Shown: piece by piece, positions 54,510 to 64,000 of the stretch
Numbering within the stretch: position 1 is the first letter of the stretch
How the letters are laid out: every line of letters begins with the position of its first letter
Assembly (NCBI GenBank): GCA_963844715.1
Contig: CAWJPJ010000007.1
Coordinates: 1,056,001 to 1,120,000 of the forward strand
Source of the DNA: an uncultured Phycisphaerales bacterium
GTDB lineage: Bacteria > Planctomycetota > Phycisphaerae > Tepidisphaerales > Tepidisphaeraceae
Direction of reading: 5' to 3'
Length of the DNA: 64,000 nucleotides
The notes under the pieces: generated by a model
Told to the model about the DNA's origin: nothing
The model's database searches: none
Seen by the model: only the letters and a program-made list of their open reading frames with translations
Made by a program: the position numbers and the translations under genes

Positions 54510-55345
54510 TTAGTCTTTTTCTTGGTAGGCTTGCGGATGCGAGTGAGCAGTTCCCTCGCGTTGTCTAGGGGCGATTTGCTGATCGTGAAGTGATTAAATC
54601 CAAAGATCCTGTCTCCATAAACGGACGCCAGGACGTCCAGCGCGCCATTCTGAGCTAGCCCTCGAAAGCCAGATGCGGTGTGCGAGAAGGTGCCGTGAAC
54701 CAGCAGAAGACCTCGCTGTGCCGAGTCAAATGTGGGCTCGGTATCCAGTAGCGAATCGCCCAGAACACCCTGTGCATTGACACGCACCCAACCTTCGACC
54801 CGATGCGCCTTGGCCCACAATCTGTCTTCGAGCGCCTTGGCGAGGACTGGAAGCAGAGGTTTGGCCACGAGATCAACAACCTTGAGGACAATGATCTTAA
54901 TGATCGATGAGATAATGCCCCGTCGCGTCGTGGAAGTGCCAAGCGCTTGGGAAAGGCTCGGCGGAATGGTGAAGATTAGGGTTTGAACTGTAGCGGCCTT
55001 GATTGCCCCGCGCCGTGTAGATGGCGTCGCAGTCGTAGGGACATGAAAGCTGATCGCGCCAGACGTATGACGGGCGACAGCTACATATGCCTCATCAGCT
55101 TGAACGTCGATCGAGAAGATGACGGGCGTTATGGGCTCCGCTCCGCGCCGCGCGGGTTGTAATTCCGCTTGGAGCTCGCGAACTACCCGTAGTGGGCCGC
55201 TCGTCAAGTATGCCGGTATGTCCACTGCCGCGCCCTGGGCACCGCGGCGGGTTGCCGATTGGGCATCTACGTCACGAAGATCCCATTCCGGGCTATGGTT
55301 AGTAACAGTCCCGTTGATTGGCGAGGAAGCCCCAGATTTGGCCAC
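54500..55345 (-). pseudogene. Alpha/beta-hydrolase-like protein, truncated before the nucleophile motif
   Basis: LLLVHGTFS, YGDRIFGFNH.T.S.SP..NA; no following HSxGG motif; IS inserted in the last codons. Confidence 0.55.
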
Positions 55346-55557
55346 GTTCTTGTCCTTCCTCGACGCGCGATTGCATACGATAGCTTAATACTGCCGCGAC
55401 GAACGCTCGGATCAAAGAGGTTGGAGATGACGTCAGCGGAGCCGTTGCGAAGGTCGCAGAGAATCATCGTATGCTATTGCGATGTCTAAGACCGGTCAAT
55501 AAGAATCGAAGCTGAATGACCACGTGTCGCGCATCAGCCCGACGTTCCAACGCCGGG

Positions 55558-55605
55558 GTCAGAGAAGTGTCAGAGAATTCTTTTTGTCAGAGATGCGTCA
55601 GAAAA
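55558..55605 (+). repeat. Four GTCAGA(G/A)A repeats, putative arm-type sites near attR
   Basis: gtcagagaag, gtcagagaat, gtcagagatg, gtcagaaaat. Confidence 0.7.
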
Positions 55606-55734
55606 TTTATTTCAAATCCTCGAAATTTGTGTAAAATCAAGGGATCATAGAGCAGCACTTTTGGTTGGCTCTAATGCACGTAAAAAATGTTCTGACCGGC
55701 GCTTGTAACGCGCGGAAGGCGGATTTTCAGCGCC

Positions 55735-55777
55735 GCCTCCGGAGCCGAAGGTTGTAGGTTCGAGCCCCACCGGGAAC
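55735..55777 (+). repeat. tRNA-Arg 3'-half copy 1 (attR)
   Basis: Identical to 52620-52662. Confidence 0.92.
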
Positions 55778-55800
55778 GTTCGGGATGAGAACACCAGCTT

Positions 55801-56106
55801 ATGCCAAAGCTATTTGAATATCTGGGAATTGTCGTCCTATTCTATTCAAATGAGCACGAGCCGATCCATGTACATGGAAAATACGAGCGTCGAGAAAGTC
55901 GCGCCGAGTTGGTCGTAAGAGACGGTAAGGTAGTGGATATAATTTACTCTTCAGTTCGCGGTCGAAAACCTTTGGAAGGTCCACAACTATCGGATTTCCA
56001 AACTTTAGTACGGCATCGCGCGGACGACATCGTGAAAAAATGGATCGATTATTTTGTCCTGCATCGTCGAGTGCAGGCGGAAATAATCACGCGGAGGATC
56101 AAATGA
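55801..56106 (+). CDS. DUF4160 family protein (putative toxin)
   Basis: MPKLFEYLG....FYSNEHEPIHVH. Confidence 0.85.
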   Translation: MPKLFEYLGIVVLFYSNEHEPIHVHGKYERRESRAELVVRDGKVVDIIYSSVRGRKPLEGPQLSDFQTLVRHRADDIVKKWIDYFVLHRRVQAEIITRRIK

Positions 56107-56365
56107 CGATTCCTAAGGACGCTGAAATTTTCATCGAGGAAGCCTGCGCCAGTGGGCGATTATCGGTTGCGTCTAGTTTTCAGCGATGGAGCGAAGCGAA
56201 TCGTTGATTTTGTGCGCGTTCCTGAAGTCATCAAGCAATCCACAAATTCGCGCATTTCTTGAGCCATCCGCATTCGCGCGGTTTGTGGTCAGTAATGGCG
56301 ATTTGGTTTGGGACGACTACGAGCTTTGCTTTCCGATTGCCGATCTTTACGAGGGTCGCATTTAA
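56103..56365 (+). CDS. DUF2442 family protein (putative antitoxin; frameshifted, absent from the ORF track)
   Basis: ATGA overlap with DUF4160; hand translation across frames gives DYRLRLVFSDG..R.VDF...GDLVWDDYELCFPIADLYEG. Confidence 0.72.
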
Positions 56366-56378
56366 AATCGGCGTTAAT

Positions 56379-56420
56379 CTCCGGAGCCGAAGGTTGTAGG
56401 TTCGAACTGCGGCCGGAACA
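56379..56420 (+). repeat. tRNA-Arg 3'-half copy 2 (degenerate)
   Basis: 27-bp exact CTCCGGAGCCGAAGGTTGTAGGTTCGA, then diverged, ending GGAACA. Confidence 0.85.
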
Positions 56421-56468
56421 TTGCTGGAATTAGCGGATTTTGATTCAATCATTTTTTGAAAGACACGA

Positions 56469-56513
56469 CGGCCTCCGGAGCCGAAGGTTGTAGGTTCGAG
56501 CCCCACCAAGAAC
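56469..56513 (+). repeat. tRNA-Arg 3'-half copy 3
   Basis: 39-bp exact match to the tRNA, then AAGAAC instead of GGGAAC. Confidence 0.88.
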
Positions 56514-56574
56514 CTTTAGTTCGAAAATGAGTAAGGTTAACGGCGATTGCCCTTCGCCGACTCCATCCCGCTAG

Positions 56575-57413
56575 CTAGGGCCTGTCTGATGAATCCAAAA
56601 TCCTGAAATAGCGACGGATCATGGCGAGCTTGGCCATGGCCTGAAAGTTCACCGCCAGTTTCTCGTAACGCGTGCCCAGGCGGCGATTCTCCTTCATCCA
56701 ATTCACGCAACGCTCCACCACGTTCCGTCGGCGATACGCCTTGCGATCAAAGTTCTCCTGCGGCGGCTGATTCGATTTCGCCGGGATCACCGCTTGGATT
56801 CGGTGGCGACGCAGCCATCGCCGCACATTTCCGTAACTGTATCCCTTGTCGCCCGCCAGCCTCCTGGGGCGACGACGGCGGCGACCGATGCGCATCGCGT
56901 TCATCACCGGCTCCACGTACCGGCTCTCGTGGCATTGGCCGGCGCTGGCCTCGACGGCGAGCGGAACTCCCTGGCCGTCAGTAACCAGGTGGAGCTTGCT
57001 GCCCCACCCGCCTCGGCTGCGGCCCAACGCGTGATCCGCCGGTTCTTCCGGGGCGGTTTTGATTTTCTGGCTCCGGCGGCGGATCGACTGGCTCGCACAT
57101 TGGTGCCGTCGATGCACCACAGGTCCCAGTCGATTCGTCCTTGCTTGTCCAACCTCATCTGCAGCCGCTGGAGGATTCGATCAATCGTTCCGTCCTTTCT
57201 CCAGCGGTTGAAGCGGTCGTAGACGCTTTGCCATCTGCCGTAACGTTCGGGCATCTCGCGCCATTCAGTGCCCGAGTGCAGAATCCAGAACATGCCGTTG
57301 AGCGTGGTGCGGTGGTCGTTCCACTGCCCGCCGCGCTTGCCGTTGCCGGGCAGCAGATCGCCGATCAACTCGTACTGCTCATCCGTGAGCTCATAACGTC
57401 GCATCCGTGACAC
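56575..57413 (-). CDS. IS5-family transposase in two frames
   Basis: LTDEQ, W.EMPERYG.W.SVY.RF.RW, IDGT; GRSRGG.GSK.H, GDKGY, RN.VER, RYEK. Confidence 0.88.
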
Positions 57414-57464
57414 CTCGTCTGAAAACCGCTATTTATAACCAAAAGCGATTCATCAGACAGGCCC
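56578..57464 (-). mobile_element. IS5-family (IS427-like) insertion sequence, 887 bp
   Basis: 18-bp TIR GGGCCTGTCTGATGAATC; TA duplication within a CTAG target. Confidence 0.92.
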
Positions 57465-58858
57465 TAGTCCGCCGAGGCCGTCGAATCGCCATCCCACCTA
57501 TCGCCAGCAACGCCAAACTAAACGTCCCCGGCTCGGGAACCGTGACGTTCGTCAGTCCATATTCCCAAACGCCGCTGGTCGGCGTCGCCGTGTAATACGG
57601 ATCGGTATCCGGCACCGTGACCTTCAGCCCAGACAGGTTGATGTTCGTGCCATACCACATCTCCATGTACTGACTGGCTGAGATGTTCACGTTGTTGAAC
57701 GTCAGGCCGTTGATGCTGAGCGGATTGGTATTCAGTCCGTTAATGATTCCGGCATTGGCCGAGCCGGTTACCGTGATATTCGAATACGTAATATTCTCAT
57801 AAAACGGTGTCGTCGAATCCGCGGTCTTCGGCGTTGCCGGATAATACGTCGAGTTGGTCGGGCTGTCCGGAAATATGTCGTTGCCGTTGTAAAAACTTTC
57901 GATGATGATCGGATTGGTCACATTGGTCATCGTGATGTTGCTGTAGGTGACGTTTTTCAGCGGCAATGTCGCGCCGCCGCCGCCGTCTGTTCCACCGGCG
58001 TCCTCCGCCTTGATGCGCAGCCCGTTGGTCGTTCCGTTGAACGTGCAATTGTTCACGGTCATGTTGCTCAGGCCGTCCACCGTTCCGCCCCCGATCGAAA
58101 TGCCGTGCCCCGCCCCGATGATGTCGTTCTCGATGACGACGTTGTTCACCGCTCCCGATCCCGACTTTGCGACAATGTCATCGTCGCCGTCGCTGACCGT
58201 CGAGTTTTCGATCAGAAAATTATTCCCATTGAAGTCGATGCCGTCGGTGTTGCTTATGTATTTACCGTTATTGGCCGCCAGCGTACCCGGGTCCGCGATG
58301 GTGATGTCGTTGATCGTTACGTTGTTCGACGTTTCGATCACCAGATGCTCATTGCCGGCGTTCTCGATGCTGACTCCCGTGACTTCCAGGTCCGTCGTCT
58401 TGGTGATATTGACCAGCTTGTTGCCGCTACCCGCCGCTGGTTGTCGCGTGTCCGTCGATGATGCCGGTGCCGCTGATTTCAACGTTGTTCAGCGTCGCGC
58501 CGTTGGATGCGATGAGCGTGGCGCCAACCGTGTTATCGCGCAACACGGCTCCGCTTTGCAGATCCAGATTCACGTCGCTTTCGATGTCGACCTGGTTGGA
58601 GAGAAAGATGCCCGACGGAATCACAACCGTCCCCCCGTTGGGATCGGCGCTGGCGGCGTTGATTGCGTCCTGAATGTCTGTGGTATTGGTCGACGCGGAG
58701 TTGCTTGCCGATGCGCCGTAGCTCGTGATGTTATAGGTTCCGCCCGTAAAAGTCGGCAGCGTCGGATCAGCAAAAGCCCGCGCCGACAATCCCGCCGTGG
58801 CGGCCAGCGACAAAACCAGCGTCCGGCTTCGCCGAATGCTGACAAAGGTTAAATGCAT
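57465..58858 (-). CDS. PEP-CTERM-anchored GH28 polygalacturonase-like protein (frameshifted)
   Basis: Signal peptide; NTDG, DDD, GHG, RIK GH28 motifs; VPEPGT + TM helix + RR tail. Confidence 0.88.
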
Positions 58859-59217
58859 TCTCTCGTCTCCAAATGAGCGTCTTCGCCAGACCCTAATTCC
58901 GAATGGAATCACAAATTGGCGTACGAACACACTCGCCGGCCCGTCAAGACGTTCCGGCGGCCATGCGCTCTTCGCAAAACCGCGATACCATCCGTTGTAA
59001 ACTCCGCAGCCCCCATTTCCGCGATCGAACACGAATCACCGGTCCGCGTCGCAGGCTAATCAATATACATACACCACCCCTTAATCGCGTCAATATAAAA
59101 CTCCATTATTGCACCCGCTTTCCTTGTTTGGCTGCCCGCGCGGTTTCATGAAACTCCTTTGCGCTAGGCACCTTATGCAAAAACACAGCGATCCATTCCT
59201 ACGCGCCTTGCCGCCCG

Positions 59218-60108
59218 CTAGACCCCGCCTCCCATCGCGTCGATGGTTGCCAGGAATTGCCTCCCAGCCGCCCCCAGCGACCGCCCGCGCACCAGCAGCC
59301 GGTGCAGCGGCCGCCGAATCGTCAAACCCGCTACCTCAAGCCGCACCAGTTTCCCCGACGCCAATTCCCCCGCCACGGCCAATCGCGACATGACCGCCAA
59401 TCCCAACCCTCCGACTACCGCCCCCTTGATCGCCTCCGCGCTCCCCAGCGAAAGGATCGGCCGCACCGACTGACCCTTCTTCGCCAGTGCCCGTTCCACA
59501 ACCGCCCGGGTTCCTGATCCGCGCCTCCCGGAATATCAGCGGCTGGGCGCACAGATCCCGCACCGTGACCCGCCGCTTCCCCAGCAGCGGATGTCGCGGC
59601 GGCGCGACCGCGATCAGTTCATCGTGCGCAAACACGTGCGCTTCCAGCTCCTCGGACTCGATAAATCCCTCCGTCATCGCCAGGTGCAACTCGCCCGCCA
59701 CCAGCTTCGATTGAATTTCATGCGTGTTGGCGATTTCCATTTCAAAATCCAGATGCGGATGCCGTCGCCGGAATTCACACACGACAGGGGGGAGGAAGTA
59801 CGAGCCGATCGTCAGGCTCGCCCCCACGACCAGCCGCCCGCGCCGAGTCCCACCAATTCGCGCACCGATTGCTCGGCGTCTTGCTCCATGGCGGAGATTC
59901 GCCGCGCCTGGCTCAGCAGCAACTCGCCCGCCTCCGTCAGGCGCGTCCCGCGCGGCAAGCGATCCAGCAATTTCGTCCCCAGGCTCGCCTCAAGCTCGGC
60001 GACCTGCTGCGAAAGCGTCGGCTGACTCACCAGCAACGCCTCCGCCCCGCGCGTAAACCCGCCCGCCTCCGCCACCGCGCAAAACGCCGCCAGATGATTG
60101 CGATTCAT
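59218..60108 (-). CDS. LysR-family regulator (CysL/YeiE-like; frameshifted)
   Basis: FTRGAE.L.VSQP.LS HTH, GASLTIG.Y.LP, EAIK.AV..GLG. Confidence 0.87.
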
Positions 60109-60123
60109 GACATAACTATAACC

Positions 60124-60136
60124 TATGAATATCATA
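60124..60136. promoter_or_regulatory. LysR-type T-N11-A dyad
   Basis: TATGAATATCATA in the AT-rich divergent intergenic region. Confidence 0.55.
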
Positions 60137-60217
60137 AATAATATGTATTTGTATTATGGATTGAATATCGTATGAATTGGGCACGTCGCCCGCACAAAAA
60201 GGGCCGGGAGTTCAATA

Positions 60218-61195
60218 ATGTCCGCTTGGTTTTCAGAATTGCGTTTGCGTCAGGGCGTTTTCCTCGCCATCGCCGCCGCCTGCCTCTCCCCATGGGCGTC
60301 GCCGCCCCTGGCCCTCTTCCTGGGCGTCGCTCTCGCCGTGGTCATCGACCATCCCTTTCGCGACCTCGGCCGAAAAAGCACCAAGTGGCTTCTCCAATCC
60401 AGCGTCGTTCTCCTCGGCTTCGGCATGAACCTCCCGGCCGTTCTCCGGGCCGGCATGGGCGGCGCACTCCTGGGAATGGCAACCATCTCCGTCACCCTCA
60501 CACTCGGATATTTCCTCGGCCGCTGGCTCAAAATCGGCGGCAGAACCGCGCTCCTCATCTCCGCCGGCACCGCCATCTGCGGCGGCAGCGCCATCGCGGC
60601 CGTCAGCACCGCCATCGATGCCGAGGAAGGCGACGTCACCGTCGCCCTCGGAACCGTCTTCATGTTCAACGCCGCCGCCCTCTATCTTTTCCCCATCATC
60701 GGCCGCGCCCTCGGGCTCTCCCCCCATCAATTCGGTACCTGGGCCGGCATGGCGATCCACGACGTCTCCTCCGTCGTCGGCGCCGCCAGCCGCTTCGGCG
60801 CCGAGTCCCTCCAAACCGCCGCCGCCGTCAAACTCGCCCGGGCCCTTTGGATCGTCCCCGTCGTCGCGGCCGCCGCCATCATGGCCCGGCGCCAGCGCTC
60901 CGATTCCGCTCCCGAAAAAAGCAAAGCCGCTTCCCGCCTTTCGCACTTCCCCTGGTTCATTGGCCTGTTCGTCCTCGCCAGCACGATTCGCAGCTTCGTC
61001 CCCGGCGTTGCCCAAGCCGCGCCGGCCCTGACTCACCTCGCCACGATGGGTCTCACCCTGACGCTATTTCTCATCGGCGCCAGTTTATCCATGAAGACTT
61101 TGCGATCGGTGGGATTCAAGTCCCTCCTGCTCGGACTCATCCTCTGGGCAACCGTCAGCGCCGGATCGCTTCTTGCGATTCATTACCTGGCCTGA
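60218..61195 (+). CDS. YeiH/UPF0324 putative sulfate exporter family transporter
   Basis: GTAICGGSAIAA, AIHDVSSV.GA, VKLARAL, PWFI. Confidence 0.9.
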   Translation: MSAWFSELRLRQGVFLAIAAACLSPWASPPLALFLGVALAVVIDHPFRDLGRKSTKWLLQSSVVLLGFGMNLPAVLRAGMGGALLGMATISVTLTLGYFLGRWLKIGGRTALLISAGTAICGGSAIAAVSTAIDAEEGDVTVALGTVFMFNAAALYLFPIIGRALGLSPHQFGTWAGMAIHDVSSVVGAASRFGAESLQTAAAVKLARALWIVPVVAAAAIMARRQRSDSAPEKSKAASRLSHFPWFIGLFVLASTIRSFVPGVAQAAPALTHLATMGLTLTLFLIGASLSMKTLRSVGFKSLLLGLILWATVSAGSLLAIHYLA

Positions 61196-61217
61196 AGTAA
61201 AACCGGCCGCGTCGCCC

Positions 61218-61708
61218 TCACGCCAGCGCCTTCGGCGCCCGGAACCGCAACACCGCCGCCACGCCCAGTCCCACAAATGCCGCCAGAACGACAAGCTGCG
61301 TTGCCTTAAACAACGGCTCACTCTGCGCGGGCGCCAGCGCTTTCAGCGCCGGGACTTTCATGAAAAGCTGCACCACCAGCACAAACACGTTCAGATACAG
61401 TGCCAAAACCGCCGTCACGACATAAATCCAGCGCCAAGCCCCCGCCAAATGCGCCGGATATGCGCCAGGATCGCCGGAATCAGCACCGCCAGTGAGATGA
61501 TCCCCAGTACATGCGACGGCATCAGATGCTGCACCGGAAACAAAAACCCCGTCACGCTCGTCGCCACCGTAGCCACGAGAAAAACCGCCGTCCACCCATC
61601 CAGGCGTTTATCCGCAAGCAACCCAAGCACCACCACAATCCCGGAAAAGATCCCGATCAAACTGATAGCGACATGAAAAATCGTGAAGATCGTCAGGCCG
61701 ATGCTCAT
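61218..61708 (-). CDS. Conserved membrane protein (frameshifted)
   Basis: HVAISLIGI.SG, TS.TGFLFP, YLNVFVL.VQ.F.KVP.L..LAP..SEP.F. Confidence 0.7.
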
Positions 61709-61905
61709 GGTTCACCGTCCTCCGTGTCGTGCAGCGAGGAAATGATACCGCCAATTGACCCAATTCGCCGAGATAGTCAAGAAAAAATTGGCCCTCGCGC
61801 TCGCCCTGCGTGGCAAAAAAATCACCCAAATGTTTGGCAATCCGCGGCGATTTCATTAGGCTCTCCACTGTGGCGCACCCGTCTGGTAAACGGCGGGCGA
61901 CGGCG

Positions 61906-63134
61906 ATGAAATTTGCACGCTCCGGAATCGCCAACAATTTCACAGAAAAAGGGGCTGGATCTTTCAGCGCGCATCCTCTGGTGCGTGGCGGTGGTGGTGG
62001 CCGTCTGCGCGGATTTCTTGCCCACTTGCCGCGCCACCGCGGAATCTACGCCCTTTACGCGCTAGCCGGGCATCACTGGATCGCCGGCCAGAACGTCTAC
62101 GCCGCCAAGGACGGCTTCGACGTCTTCCGCTACGCCCCCCTCGTCGCCGCCGCGCTGGCTCCCCTGGCAAAAATGCCGGATATCCTGGGCAATCTCATAT
62201 TTCGCGGCGCCAACGCCGCCGCTTTCATGTTCGGCGCTTTTGCCTTCCTCGATCGTGTCGTGCGCCAGCCGCGCGGCTCCGTCCCCGCTTCCATTTATTG
62301 GCTCATCCTCGCTCCCCTCGCCTTCAACGGATTGACCGACGCCCAGGTCAACGCGCTGGCGACCGGCTTCATGCTCCTGGCCGTCGCCGCGCCCCCTAAG
62401 TCTCGTTGGACTCTGGCCGCCATCTGCCTCACCGGGGCCGTGCTTCTAAAGGTCTATCCCATCGCCCTGATGTTCCCCTGCATCGTGCTCTGGCCGCGCC
62501 AACTCGCCGGCCGTTGCGCCGCCGCCATGCTCGTCGGCTTGCTCGCGCCCTTCCTCATGCAGCATCCCCATTATGTCTGGGACCAATATCTCCGCTGGTT
62601 CCATCTCATGGGAGTCAATGACCGCCAGGGCCGCCCGGTTCAGGATTGGTACCGCGACATCCGACTTCCCTCCTACAAACTCGGCCTGCATATTTCCGCC
62701 CGCTGCTTACGCTGGCTCTCCAGCTCATCGCCGCGGCTTGGGTGCTCGCCGTGACCTTTCGTTTTCCCGGCTCGCGAATCGACTGGCGCCGCGATCTGGC
62801 CATCCTCTACGGAATGGCCGCCGGCTGGATGATGGCTTTCGGCCCGGCGACCGAGGGCGTCACCTATATCATGCTCGCCCCGGCCCTCGCCTGGCTCGGC
62901 GTCGACGCAATCATTTATCCTCACGGGCGCATCTGGCGCATCGCCGTCTGGGCCGTCGTCTTCGGATTCATCGTCACGGAACTCTCCCTCTGGTTTCCGT
63001 TTGGCCGCGCCCTGCGGAGCGTCGGCCCGCAGGCGTTCGGTGCTGTCATGGTCATGGTCTTCATGACCATCCTGCGCCTAAAGCCCGCTGAAATAGCCCC
63101 GTTGCCAATCACGCCGGTGGAAACCACAATATGA
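61906..63134 (+). CDS. GT87/DUF2029 membrane glycosyltransferase (frameshifted)
   Basis: FRYAP, AQVNA, LKVYP, FGPATE..TY; many TM helices. Confidence 0.75.
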
Positions 63135-64000
63135 CCTCGGAGGCAATCGGAATGTACACCCGCGCCATCGCTCTGTGTTCAATCATTTCCCTCGCTCTGG
63201 CCGCCTGCACAAGCTCAAATCCGCCCGCGCCCGCGACTCAGCCGGCCGTCGCCGCCGCCGAGGAACAGATCGTCGTCGCCCCGCCAGTCATTCCGCCGAC
63301 CACCATCAACCTCACCGATTTCGGCGGCAACGGCGACGGAAAAACCTTCAACACCCAGGCCTTCAAAAAAGCGATCGCCGCCCTCAAAGCCCAGGGCGGC
63401 GGCAGACTCGAGCATCCCGCCCGGCGTCTATCTGACCCTCCCCTTCACCCTGATCAGCCACATGGATTTGCATCTTGACGCCGGCGCCACCATCAAATTT
63501 CCCGAAACCTTCGCCGACTGGGGCCTCCCCGATCCCTCCACAAGCAACTCAGGAAGACGTCGACGACGCCGCGGGTGAAATTGCGTTCGCTCATCGGCGG
63601 CCAGGGCCTGACCGATGTCGCCATCACCGGCGCCGGCACCATCGACGGCTCCGGCGCCATCTGGTGGATCTGGTCCGACAAAGCCGCCCGCCGCTATCCC
63701 CCCGGCCGCTTGATCTACCCCGCCCGCAGAATGATCGTCCTGCGCCAGTGCCAGCGCGTCCACGTCCAGGGCGTCACGCTCACGAATTCCCCCATGTTTC
63801 ATCTCGTCCCCTCCCGCTGCCAGGACGTCTTGATCGAAAACATCCGCATCGTCGCCCCCAGCGACGCCCCCAACACCGACGCCATCGATCCCACCGGCCA
63901 TCGCATCCTCATTCGCAACTGCGAACTCGACATCGGCGACGACAACGTCGCCCTCGGCGGCACCGCCGGCGGCACCCAGGACGTCATCATCGAATACTGC
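63131..64000 (+). CDS. GH28 glycoside hydrolase lipoprotein (frameshifted; runs off the window)
   Basis: LAAC lipobox, DFG..GDG...NT.AF..AI, GTIDG.G..WW, NSP.FH, PNTDAID, GDDN. Confidence 0.85.

Larger units (their letters stand above)
52620..55777. mobile_element. Decayed tRNA-integrated island (attL in tRNA, attR 55735-55777)
   Basis: 43-bp exact direct repeat of the tRNA 3' half, GTCAGAGAA repeats inside both ends, integrase remnant next to the tRNA. Confidence 0.8.

Noticed and set aside
55735..56513. CRISPR array or extra tRNA genes
   Set aside because: The repeats are tRNA 3' halves lacking the 5' acceptor strand and D arm; spacing is irregular and no cas genes are present
58859..59217. 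Riboswitch or ncRNA in the long GH28 leader
   Set aside because: No conserved riboswitch motif recognisable by eye; an Rfam covariance search would be needed
1..64000. Mass pseudogenisation or widespread programmed frameshifting
   Set aside because: Indels hit housekeeping genes (rnc, recG, pyc, pdxJ, aroDE) at scattered positions while catalytic motifs stay intact; best explained by long-read consensus error, testable by polishing

Overview
High-GC bacterial chromosomal segment. Gene content and protein signatures (paired clpP, aroD-aroE fusion, SpoIVB-type S55 protease, PEP-CTERM protein, integrase N-terminus) suggest a planctomycete, probably Phycisphaerae; this is inference. Many genes, including housekeeping ones (rnc, recG, pdxJ, pyc), are split by single-base indels, most likely long-read consensus errors, so genes are reported as reconstructed spans. 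Besides the housekeeping genes, the window holds five notable loci. (1) A maf-neuABC nonulosonic-acid glycosylation operon containing a cysteine-less radical-SAM/SPASM fusion and interrupted by a vapBC cassette. (2) A compact sigma54 circuit: a CxxCH sensor kinase, an NtrC-type activator, and a small rubredoxin-like target gene with a visible -24/-12 promoter and paired candidate enhancer sites. (3) An AT-richer DUF5131 radical-SAM plus TcmP methyltransferase-like two-gene islet between rnc and pyrE. (4) A tRNA-Arg(CCG) integration hotspot with three downstream tRNA 3'-half copies, arm-type repeats, a decayed integrase/RavA/hydrolase island, a DUF4160/DUF2442 cassette and two IS5-family elements. 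(5) Two GH28 pectinase-like genes. No CRISPR array or rRNA was seen.
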